A stretch of 64,000 bases of DNA, from positions 64,001 to 128,000 of the forward strand of contig CAWCMR010000001.1 in assembly GCA_963796685.1 (NCBI GenBank). The letters are read 5' to 3'. Shown here one piece after another: positions 28,365-37,560 of this stretch; position 1 is the first letter of the stretch; each line of letters opens with the position of its first letter. The DNA comes from an uncultured delta proteobacterium (GTDB lineage Bacteria > Myxococcota_A > Polyangia > Fen-1088). The notes beneath the pieces were generated by a model, which did no database searches, was not told the origin of the DNA, and saw only the letters and a list, made by a program, of their open reading frames with translations. A program made the translations under genes and the position numbers.

Positions 28365-30458
28365 TTACGGGATGTTCTCGTAGGTACCGACGGTGCTGCC
28401 GCTGGCATCCGTGCAGGTGATCTGGCTGCCCGGAGTGCTATCGCACACTCCACTGCAGGCGATGGGCGCCGCCATGCTACACACCGCGATGACCGTGCCA
28501 TTCGTGCGATAAGCCGTGAACTTCCAGTTCTTCTGGCCAACGGTGCCCACGCGGTCCATCACCATGAAGCCAAACCCGTTCGAGAAGGCAAACGTGTTGA
28601 CCATGGTATTCGCGGCCGGCAAGTCGGAGTTGGGGTCGAACACGGCAGGCAGCGCGGCATCCAGGTTGTCGCCGCTATTGCCGGCAACGAAAGTCGCTGG
28701 GTGGTTGCTGGAGAAGTTCAAGGCCTGGAAGTCGTGCACGTGGCCATGGAGGGCGATGGCGATGTTGGGCGGGTAGTAGTTGCCGGGGTAAGCCGCGTTC
28801 ATGACGGACTGCAGACCGGGGTTGCCCACCGTTGGCGGACTGCCCGCGGAGTAGCCAAGGACCGGGTGGTGGACGGCGAACAGGTTCAACATGTTCGGGG
28901 TCGCCAAGCTGGCCGCCTCGGCGAGCTCGGTCGTGTAGGGCATGAAGGCCGGAGGCGAGTAGACGCTCTTCGAGGTGTTCGACGAGTCGAATACGATGAA
29001 CTGCGTGTCGCCGAACGCGACGGCCCACGGATCGTTGTAGTTTCCCACGTTATCGTTGGCCGGAACGTCGCAGGTCTTGACGTCGGTGCTGTCGAACGGG
29101 TTCGGATCGAGATAGCGATACCAGCCCTGCCCGGCGCGGTTGCAGACCTCGTGGTTGCCGCGGACCATGACCCACGGGGCAGCCGCGAGCAGGGGCGCCG
29201 CCGGCGTGAAGAAGTCCGCCGCCCAGGCGTCAGAACCGTAGCCCCAGGGCTGTCCAGCGCAGGCTGTGTTGCCTGGAGGGCAGGGATTATCGCGATACTC
29301 ATAGTCGCCCACGTGCAGGACGAGATCCGGCTGCATGGCCGCGGCCGCCGACGAGATGACGGAGAAGGGCCACTGCGTGGGATCGGCGCAGGCCTGGTAG
29401 ACGTTTCCGATCGAGATTCGGCACCCGGTGTCACCCAGGATCACGACGCGGTTGACGACCGGCTTAGGCAGCGGCAGCTTGATGCCGGTCACAGTGGCCA
29501 TAGTCGCCCCCGCGGGGAGAAGGAATTCGCAGGTCGTCGTCGTGAAGATGGAGGGCTTGGAGTTGCCCGACGTTGTCGCCGCGGCGAGCGTCGTATCTGT
29601 GCTCGTGGTGCGGATCGGAAGGCTGGCCGGCAGCGCACGGACCGTCATGGCGCTCGCGACCCCGTCGACGGTGATCGAGGGGCACACGGTGTACGGCGTG
29701 ATGAGCCGTGCGATGGCCCGGCTGTTGGCGCCGATTTCGACCCACGCCTGTGCGCCGACAGCCGAGTCCGCAGGGCAAGTCAGCAGGAGGTTGAAGGTGT
29801 CGGTGCAACCCGGATCCCCGTCGCTGACTGTGAGGGTGAGCGAGGCATTTCCCGGCCCGCTGCATGCGAAGATCGGGTTCGCGACCGTCGTGCTGCTGAG
29901 CGTTCCGCCGCTGGCGGTCCACAGATAGGAGATCGGCCCCGGACCGCTGTCGGGGTCGGTGGCCGTGCTGAAGAGCGCGATGGTGTTGCCCACGGGCGCA
30001 TTCGCGCTGATGCTGGCGACGCTCGCGCAAACGTTGATTTGCCCGCTCACCGAGATGCTTCCGGTGTTGTGCGCTTGTTTGCAGTCGAGATGCACCGCGA
30101 CGGCAGTCGTCATCGACGCCGCCACGGCAAAGGGCGCCGAGGTCCCCGTGCAGGTCGTGGTTCCATCGGTGGACGTTCCCGTGAGCGTCAGGGTGTAGGG
30201 CGAGCCCGCCGCGATGTTGCCGATCACCACGCTGATGGTCGCGGAGTGCGAGACATCCACGGTGCCCGAGTAGGAATGCGGGCCAGTGGTCGAATAGGCC
30301 ACGGTATTCAAGAAGACGCCCGGCCCAGCTTGAAGCTGAAGCTCTACGCGGCCGAGGGCACCGCTGCCATTGTCGCCACTGCTCGGTCCCCCGCTGTTGC
30401 AGGCTGCGACACTGGCGCACACGAAAACGAAGAGCAGACTTGCGTTGAGCTTGATCAC
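28365..30458 (-). CDS. Secreted calcineurin-like metallophosphoesterase lipoprotein with Ig/PKD-like N-terminus
   Basis: GDTGC, HVGDY, RGNHE, HHP, GHVH motifs; lipobox VAAC; GTG start after GGAGG. Confidence 0.88.
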   Translation of the reverse strand: MIKLNASLLFVFVCASVAACNSGGPSSGDNGSGALGRVELQLQAGPGVFLNTVAYSTTGPHSYSGTVDVSHSATISVVIGNIAAGSPYTLTLTGTSTDGTTTCTGTSAPFAVAASMTTAVAVHLDCKQAHNTGSISVSGQINVCASVASISANAPVGNTIALFSTATDPDSGPGPISYLWTASGGTLSSTTVANPIFACSGPGNASLTLTVSDGDPGCTDTFNLLLTCPADSAVGAQAWVEIGANSRAIARLITPYTVCPSITVDGVASAMTVRALPASLPIRTTSTDTTLAAATTSGNSKPSIFTTTTCEFLLPAGATMATVTGIKLPLPKPVVNRVVILGDTGCRISIGNVYQACADPTQWPFSVISSAAAAMQPDLVLHVGDYEYRDNPCPPGNTACAGQPWGYGSDAWAADFFTPAAPLLAAAPWVMVRGNHEVCNRAGQGWYRYLDPNPFDSTDVKTCDVPANDNVGNYNDPWAVAFGDTQFIVFDSSNTSKSVYSPPAFMPYTTELAEAASLATPNMLNLFAVHHPVLGYSAGSPPTVGNPGLQSVMNAAYPGNYYPPNIAIALHGHVHDFQALNFSSNHPATFVAGNSGDNLDAALPAVFDPNSDLPAANTMVNTFAFSNGFGFMVMDRVGTVGQKNWKFTAYRTNGTVIAVCSMAAPIACSGVCDSTPGSQITCTDASGSTVGTYENIP

Positions 30459-31070
30459 GCTGGGCCTCCGATGGGGAATGGAATCCGAGTCGACGGTTTC
30501 GGTTCTTCGATTCCGCGCCTCGTGAAAGGGTTTGCAACAAAAGTGTTTCAGTCCGTGCCTCAGAGTACTTGCCCAATGCACAAGCCTGCGCTTGCGTGGA
30601 CAAGGATTCGGGCAAACAGCCGGCCGCAAAGTGCAAGCGGGCCTGCGGCGGCTGCCGCAACGAGACGGCTCATCGGCTACGCCTGTGCAAGAAGATCGGC
30701 GAAGCTCCTCACGCTTGAACAATCAAGGAGTCGGAAAGCAGCCCGCATACCCTCGTCCACACCCTGGATCTGTGCGCCCCGCACGTGCTCACCGGGTCGT
30801 GAGGCGGCGATCTGACTTGTCCAGCGCTCGTCGATCAGGCGCCATACGCGCGCGAACGGCATGCAAGCACGGGGCGTCAAGCGTGCGGTCTTCGGGCCTG
30901 CCAGCTGATGCCTTCCATCCATTGATGACATGCGGGCAGCTCCTTGGCCCGACCGCAGGATCGATTGAAGAGAGCCATGAATGATTCGACGGAACCAGGA
31001 ATCGGCAACCGCTTCGGAAAGATGTCCCGACCGGGGGCAACGTGCGTCCGCTACGCAGCCCGATAAGCCA

Positions 31071-32008
31071 TCAGGCCGCCGCAGACCACTGGCGCCGCGC
31101 GTGCTCCAGGAGCAACCCTTCGCGGAGCGCGGCCCGACAGACGCGCGCTCGAGGACGTCGACGACGTCGAGCACCGAGGCCAGAATGACGGCTCCATGGA
31201 TGATTTGATCCGCGCGGTCGGGGTTCAAGCCAGGAACACGGCGGCGCGCCGCCAGCGGCAGCGCGGCCAGCTGCTCGATAAGCAGGTGCAGCGTGTCTCG
31301 GCTCAGGTAATGGGAGCTTTCGCCCGACGCCGGCACCAGGCGCAGCGCGCGGGCCACGGAGCGCAGAGCTCGTGCGGTTCCCGCGCAAAGCACGACCTCG
31401 CCGAGGTCGCGCCTTTGCAGCGGGCGCAGCAGCGCGGCCACGCGACTGAACGCCCAGCGCTTGAGGGCGCGCAGGTCAAGTGGCGAAGGGGGATCCGACG
31501 ACGGCTGCTCCGCCATCGCGCGCAGCACGCCGATGGGCGCCGAGGCGGTGTGAAGGATTCGACTCCCATCGCCCACCACGACCTCGAGCGATCCGCCGCC
31601 GAGATCGAAGAGCGTGGCACGACCAAGACTGCCGTCCAGCTGTGCGCGTGCGCCCACATAGGCGAGACGCGCCTCCTCGTCGCCCGAGATGACCTGGACG
31701 TCGATACCGAAGCGCGCACGAACCTTGGCCACGAACGCCTGCCCATTGCGTGCCTCGCGGACGGCGCTGGTCGCCACCGCGAGCACGGCCTGCGGTTCGT
31801 TCCGCTCAATGACCGGGACCAGCTCACCCACGGCGTGCAGAGCGCTTTCGAGCGTCGCGCCCGAGAAACCGCCGGTTCGAAAGATGGCCTCGCCAATCCT
31901 GGGCATGCGCTTGGCGCGCTCGATGACCGCCAAGCTCTCGCCACGCTCGACGTCCGCAATCAGCGCATGGAAGGAGTTGGAACCGAGATCAAGGGCCGCA
32001 AGTCGCAC
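31071..32008 (-). pseudogene. Ppx/GppA exopolyphosphatase family, frameshift near 31145
   Basis: ALDLGSNSFH, VATSAVREARNG, ISGDEEARL, DLGGGSLE, RADQI; the conserved ALREGLL terminus lies in another frame (ORF 31071..31388). Confidence 0.85.
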
Positions 32009-32182
32009 ACTATGAGTGTAAGCGGGCGCGAATACGCGGTTATTTCCATTTTGGTAACAACTTATCAACAACCCGGAAACGGCTTGGAGGGTGCAGAAGG
32101 CCTGACCGTCGATCTTCGATCTTCCTTCGATCTTCATACCGCATTGCGGCTCCGAATACGGTCTGAATCAGCTTAGCTCGGG

Positions 32183-32482
32183 TCATCCAGTGCCCGTCCC
32201 TGTCGAATCAACAATCGCCAGACCGGGCTGGGCTTCATCCTGAATCGGCTGCGGTTCCATCGCCGCCACCGGGGGCATGCTTTGTCGCTTTCCGCCTTTC
32301 TTGACCGCCTTCTCGACGGCTTTCTTGACCGCTTTCCTGATCGCCTTCCTAAATGCCTTGTTGACCGCCTTGTCGATCACCTTCTTGACGGCCCGCTTGG
32401 TGAGGGCCTTTGTCTTTTCGAGAGTCTTCTTGGATTTGATCGGTTTCTTGGCTTTGGTTGCTCTCTTGGCTTTGGTTGGCAT
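32183..32482 (-). CDS. Small Lys/Ala-rich basic (histone H1-like) protein
   Basis: MPTKAKRATKAKK...KAVKKAVEKAVKK composition; 99 aa. Confidence 0.6.
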   Translation of the reverse strand: MPTKAKRATKAKKPIKSKKTLEKTKALTKRAVKKVIDKAVNKAFRKAIRKAVKKAVEKAVKKGGKRQSMPPVAAMEPQPIQDEAQPGLAIVDSTGTGTG

Positions 32483-32574
32483 GGCGTAAATGTTGCCGCT
32501 GTGTGGGCCTGCGCGCAAGCTCGCTGAGTCCTATCCAAGCGTGCCAGCGGCGATTCTGAGTCCCCTGCCCTACG

Positions 32575-32855
32575 CGCTGGAAATGGACGTACTCTCCCTC
32601 TTGGCGCGTCTTGCGGCCTCGGTGCCACCGCCGAAGCTGCATCTGATTCGCTACTGCGGGGTGCTCGCACCCGCCTCTCCGTGGCGACCACTGGTCATGC
32701 CGCCCCTGCCTGAGCCAGCACCCACGCAGACACCTTCCGCCCCGCAGGCGCACACCAAGCCGCCAGCCAAGCCAGCACGCACCGGACCGCGCTGCCGATA
32801 CTGACCGTGGGCCGAGTTGATGCGCCTGACCCTGGGGCGAGCTGTTCGAGTAGGC
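32575..32855 (+). mobile_element. IS91-family (Y2) transposase remnant
   Basis: LSLLARLAASVPPPKLHLIRYCGVLAPASPWR and RY*PWAELMR motifs, with internal stop. Confidence 0.85.
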
Positions 32856-33009
32856 CGAGCGCCCCGCCGCGAGTACGCTCACCCCATTCGAATGAGCTAG
32901 GCTCCGGCGCAGAATCCGACTAAATTTTCCACATGGTCGGTACTCCCGATGTCCGAGGGCGCCAACGCTTCCAGAGCTTCCGCAAGGCATTTACTTCTCG
33001 CTTCGCCTA

Positions 33010-33295
33010 TCATGCTGGCCGCTGGCGTCGCCCGCGGCCCTTCAGGCCGGCGTCTTCCTGCTGGCCGCCGTCGCCTACTTCCTCGCGTATGAGATTCTAC
33101 GCGCCCTCATCTGCCGGACGACACTCTCGCTCGGATCGGCATCGGCCGCCTCGGCGCTTTCGCCGCCTGCAGGCCCACCACCGCCACCACCACCGTCTGG
33201 GGCGGATGACACATGCCAATTTCAACGTTACCTTCCCGCTGATGGACTTTCTGTTGGGCACCATGGAAAGGAAGAGCCAGGCAACATGGACGTAG
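33010..33295 (+). pseudogene. Sterol desaturase/fatty acid hydroxylase C-terminal fragment
   Basis: AHHRHHH...NFNVTFPLMDFLLGT His-box motif; 5' part missing or frameshifted. Confidence 0.65.
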
Positions 33296-33385
33296 CGAAG
33301 GGTCTCGTCCATGCGCATGTGCCCGAGCCAGGTCATCAGCCTCCACGGGTTCACGCCGAAGAACGCGGCGTGAGTCCCGAATGCA
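33283..33385 (-). mobile_element. Tyrosine recombinase C-terminal fragment
   Basis: AFGTHAAFFGVNPWRLMTWLGHMRMDETLRYVH box II motif (LGH...T.RY.H). Confidence 0.75.
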
Positions 33386-33503
33386 CTCCGTGGGTTGCGG
33401 GGTATTCCCGCCACAGCCCCAACCGGCGCAAAGCACGGAAAGCACGGCCGCCTTCGATCGTATCCTGGTCGTCATGATGGCCTGACGAGTTTTCTCGGAC
33501 ACC

Positions 33504-34433
33504 CTACCCCCCCGCGTGAACAATCAACGGAAAAGAGAACTGCGATTCCCCGCTTACGTATGGGAAGTGCCAGTGTCGGACTACGTTCTTGATGCAGGAA
33601 GAAACCGATTCAAGGGCCACCGGAGCTTCAACGAAAACCGCCCGTACAGTACCTGAGGCGGCGATGGTTGCAGTGACGTTCAGTCTTCCATTGGGCAAGA
33701 AGCCACCGCGCCTCTGCACACGATCGTAGCAAGCTCGCAGAGCCGCCGCGTTGTCTCTATCCTTGACGACCGACATCAGGTCGGGCCCTCCAGGTGCGCT
33801 CGCTTTGGCCACCGTCGTTTCTGTGAAAGAGGATGCCACCCCCGCGGGGCGCTTTTCTCCTCCCACGCTGGCGCCGGGTGGCGCCGCGCGTCGTGCGTCG
33901 TCCGCGAAGGGGGCGGGCTCCAGGGACAGAGGAGTGTCCTGCCTGGATAGCAGAACGGTTCGCGGTTCGATCTGGGCCGGCTTCGCCGGCGAGAGCGTCG
34001 CGATGCTCTCCACATTTTCTCTTGCGATTTGCTTGCCGGAGCTCCTTCCAGCGGTCCTTTGCTGCAGTTGCAAGACAATGGCCTCCAACTCGTTGACGAG
34101 CCGGGGCAAAGGAACGCTGGTTGCGCCGGATCGGGAACTGGCTTGCAGGAACGCGCTGCAAGCGTGCAGAGCCAGCTCGGGCCTGTTTGCAAGCCGGTAG
34201 GCTCGGGCCAGCAGATAGTAGAGCACGAGGGGATCCTGATCCACGGCCAAAGCGGCTTGGAAATCCGCTATCGCTTCATCGTAATGGCCGAGATCGAGCG
34301 CGATGATGCCGCTGGTGCGCAAGGTGTTGGAACGGTGCTGCTCGCGGGCACCCGACAAACGCCCCGGAAGGCTCACGATGGCGACGCATATAGTCGCGAT
34401 ACTGATAATGCGAAGAAGCCTTCTTCCAGCCAT
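33504..34433 (-). CDS. Exported TPR protein with C-terminal AgmX/PglI (TonB-C-like) domain
   Basis: Signal-like N-terminus; GHYDEAIADFQAAL TPR; LRACYDR...GRLNV..TIAASGTV...CIKNVVRHWHFP. Confidence 0.65.
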   Translation of the reverse strand: MAGRRLLRIISIATICVAIVSLPGRLSGAREQHRSNTLRTSGIIALDLGHYDEAIADFQAALAVDQDPLVLYYLLARAYRLANRPELALHACSAFLQASSRSGATSVPLPRLVNELEAIVLQLQQRTAGRSSGKQIARENVESIATLSPAKPAQIEPRTVLLSRQDTPLSLEPAPFADDARRAAPPGASVGGEKRPAGVASSFTETTVAKASAPGGPDLMSVVKDRDNAAALRACYDRVQRRGGFLPNGRLNVTATIAASGTVRAVFVEAPVALESVSSCIKNVVRHWHFPYVSGESQFSFPLIVHAGG

Positions 34434-34565
34434 GGAATCACCGCACTCTCCTCGCGCTGCCCAGGCCGAGCAAGCGAGATGGCGACCGTTAGCACAACTG
34501 TCTCAATTCCGTTGCACGAGTGTCAGAGCAACCGCCGTGCTGACGACCCATCGCGTCCTTTGTTG

Positions 34566-34930
34566 CAGACACCGTCCTCCCCGCAAGCGCACACCAAGCC
34601 CCCAGCCAAGCCGGCCCCCACCAGATCGCGCTGCCGATACTGGCCCTGGGCCGAGTTGATGCGCTTGACCGTAGGCTTGTCCGCCGACACCCTACTCTTG
34701 GGCCTAGCCGCCCGGTCCCTACCCCACGCTGCTTCGCCGCGCCCGTCTCCCACTGCGGGGGACGCATGAAGCTACGTGCCTGGTCCGGGAGCGCGAGAGC
34801 ATCGAGCGCTTCCTCCGCCACCAAGGCCTGCGGACCAAGCCCCTCGGCCTTGCCGAAGCTCGCCCGCCACCCTACTTTCGCTCCGTCACCCCTCTCAGGC
34901 CGAGCCCCCAGGTCGAGCTGTTCGAGTAGA
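34566..34930 (+). mobile_element. IS91-family transposase C-terminal remnant (second copy)
   Basis: RCRYWPWAELMR, then frameshifted PHCGGRMKL..SIERFLRH; ~105-bp diverged direct repeat of 32727..32831. Confidence 0.8.
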
Positions 34931-35170
34931 GTAGGCAGAGTCCTCAAGCCGAAGGGCCGTGGTCCGACCATCGGCAACTGATTGTCGGGACGCTTACGGT
35001 CCTGGCGCGAGCGTTCGTCGTCGTGGGTCGCCGTTCCCATTTGGCCATCGCCTTCGTCCGATCCCTACCCTTTCCGCACACGACACCCGCTGTGCTCGCA
35101 GCGGGGCGCCGAAAATGAGTCGGGCCGGCGCTCCGGGGAAAAGCGCCGGCCCGAGCAGAGCAAGGAACGC

Positions 35171-36170
35171 TTACGGAACCTGCGTGATACGGCCGTCGGT
35201 GGCCGCGCTCACCGGAGCCGGCTGCGCTTTCAAGTACGCCACAAGCGCGTCGAGGTCGATGGGCCCAGGAACCAAATTGGTGCCGCTCTTGAAAGCAGTA
35301 AAGCCATCACCGCCGCCCGTCAGGTAGTTGTTCATGGCCACCACGAAGGTGTCGGTCGGGAGGATGGGCGTACCGTCCTTCTTTTTGAGGGAGCCCGGAA
35401 CGACGATCGGACTGCTATTCGTCGCCAGCGCCGCCGCCGACCACTGGTAGGTAAAGCCCGAGATTTGAAGGATCTTATTGTATCCGGTTCCGAAGGGCGG
35501 CGCCGCGTTGCTGCCGGTCCACTGCTGCTCGAGCGCGGCGGCGAGCTGCGCGCCGGTCAGGGTTATCATCATGACCTGGTTCCCGAACGGCTGCGTGGTG
35601 AAGCAGTCGTTCCAGGTGACGGTGCAGGGCGAGCCGCTACACGACTGCGGCAGATCCGCTCGCATGCCGCCTGGGTTGGTGATGCCGAAGTCGGCGTTCA
35701 TGGCCACCCGGTGCGCCTCCGCGATCAGGTCGCCAAGCGGCGCCTCGCCGGCGGAGGTCTGCGTCTTGCTGAAGATCCCCGTCGCGGTGGTGACCGGCGC
35801 GTTGGCGATGGGCCCCACCATGGCCTCGGCCGCAGCGGTGAGGGCTGCCATGGCCGCATCCGGCGTAAGGCCGGCGCCGGAATCGGCGTAGGTCGTGGGA
35901 ACGCTCGCGGTCTTGGTCAGGATGTCGTCGGTCTGGCGATCGATCGTGACATCGATGTCGTCGTACGCGGTGCTAGCCGAGTACGCCTGAACGACCAAGG
36001 TGTCCTTGTTGCCGGCGTTCTTGACGTAGGCGTTGGTGAAGACATGGGTGTGGGCGGTGATGACCACGTCCACGTCAGCGTCGAGACGATTCACGAAGGC
36101 GGTCGTGTCGCTGGGCGCCGTGACGGTCGTCTTGGTGGCGCCGGCGTAGCCCGACATCGAGCCGCCGCCC
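35171..36170 (-). pseudogene. 5'-nucleotidase (UshA-like), 5'-truncated
   Basis: DVVITAHTH, GEAPLGDLIA, NPGGMRADL, QPFGN, NNYLTGGGDGF present; N-terminal metal-binding motifs and signal peptide absent. Confidence 0.82.
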
Positions 36171-36554
36171 CAGTGCCCTTTCGAGGTTCGCGGTCCAATT
36201 GACCGTGCGACGATAGAGCGTCGTGAAAGAAGCCTGCGCTACGTTTGCGTTAGAGAATTGCAAGCAAATCGCAGACAAGGGGAGCAGATGGAGGTCTGGC
36301 TCGGTGGCGTGCACGACGGCGGGGGTGTGCGCCGTCTCCCGCTCTTCCCCATGTCAGACCTCGCACGGGCTCGATGAGCGACAACCTTATGCCCTTACGC
36401 ACCAAGGATTGTGTCACCATTGCGTGACAGGCGTGTTCCAGCGTTGCACCTGTTCAGATGGACGGCGTCGGACGAACGCAATCGTAACGGGACCCTGGCG
36501 GCCTCGCCGTGGGACAATGGCGCACGCATCGGTCAGGAGCACTGCGAACGCACC

Positions 36555-37553
36555 ATGAATCTCACCATTACCACTTTCAACTTGGAAAACCTGTTTACAC
36601 GCTACGCAACAATCGACGACCCCATCGTCCCCCGCAATCCGCGCGTCGTCATGACGGGTGTGACGTCGATCAACTACCAAGGAAATCCCCTGTCCAGCGC
36701 CACCACCGCGCTCCAACGCAACAACACGGCGGCGGCCATTCTCGAGTGCCAGCCGGACGTTCTCGCGGTTCAAGAGGTGGAGAATCTGTGGACACTGCGA
36801 CTGTTCAACGATCAGTATCTGTCGGGCTATTTTGGCCCGCTCATCCTCATCGAAGGCAATGACGGCCGAGGCATCGACGTGGGGCTCTGCCTTCGCAAAG
36901 GCCTGGCCGCTACGATTGCCGGCATCCGCACGCACGTCGATGACCTGGATCCCAATCGCAAGAACAAGGACGCATCGACGGTCGCGCGCTACTACAACGA
37001 ATCGACGAACGAGCTGACCGTGACCGGCGCGCTATTTTCTCGCGACTGTCTCGAGGTCGACGTCGATGTCGGCTCGTCCACGGCGGTGCCGCTCACGTTT
37101 TTGATCAATCACTTCAAATCCCAGAACGATGCCCAGAAAGCCGACGACATCCTGCGCGCAAATCAAGCCGCGAAGGTCGCGGAGTACGTCAAGGCCGTCC
37201 GGGCGCGATCACGCAAGGTGGTCGTGCTCGGCGACTTGAACGAGGACTTCACCCGAAAGCCGTCGAACCTGCAGCCGCTCCAGGACCTCATCGCCGCCGG
37301 GATGCTCGCCGATCCGTTCGGCGACGATCCGGATACCGCTCGCTGGACACATTACTACGAAGTCGGAGACGAGGTCAGCCGCCTGGACTACCTTCTCGTC
37401 GACCCATCGCTCGCTATCGCCTCCAAGTCCGTGCTCCGAAAAGGGATCACCCAGAAGTGTCGGGTTGCGGGAACCCGGTACCCGACGGTCGGCTACGTCG
37501 CATCCGAGGCCAGCGATCACTGCCCGGTTTCCGTTACGCTGGCTCTCGGATAA
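36555..37553 (+). CDS. Endonuclease/exonuclease/phosphatase family protein
   Basis: TFNLENLF, LAVQEVEN, GNDGRGIDV, NHFKS, LGDLN, LDYLL, SDHCPV. Confidence 0.92.
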   Translation: MNLTITTFNLENLFTRYATIDDPIVPRNPRVVMTGVTSINYQGNPLSSATTALQRNNTAAAILECQPDVLAVQEVENLWTLRLFNDQYLSGYFGPLILIEGNDGRGIDVGLCLRKGLAATIAGIRTHVDDLDPNRKNKDASTVARYYNESTNELTVTGALFSRDCLEVDVDVGSSTAVPLTFLINHFKSQNDAQKADDILRANQAAKVAEYVKAVRARSRKVVVLGDLNEDFTRKPSNLQPLQDLIAAGMLADPFGDDPDTARWTHYYEVGDEVSRLDYLLVDPSLAIASKSVLRKGITQKCRVAGTRYPTVGYVASEASDHCPVSVTLALG

Positions 37554-37560
37554 CACTCAA

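Noticed and set aside
30600-30660. GGCAAAC...CGCAAAG resembling a c-di-GMP-I riboswitch
   Set aside because: Wrong strand for the adjacent gene and lacks the GNRA-capped P2 stem
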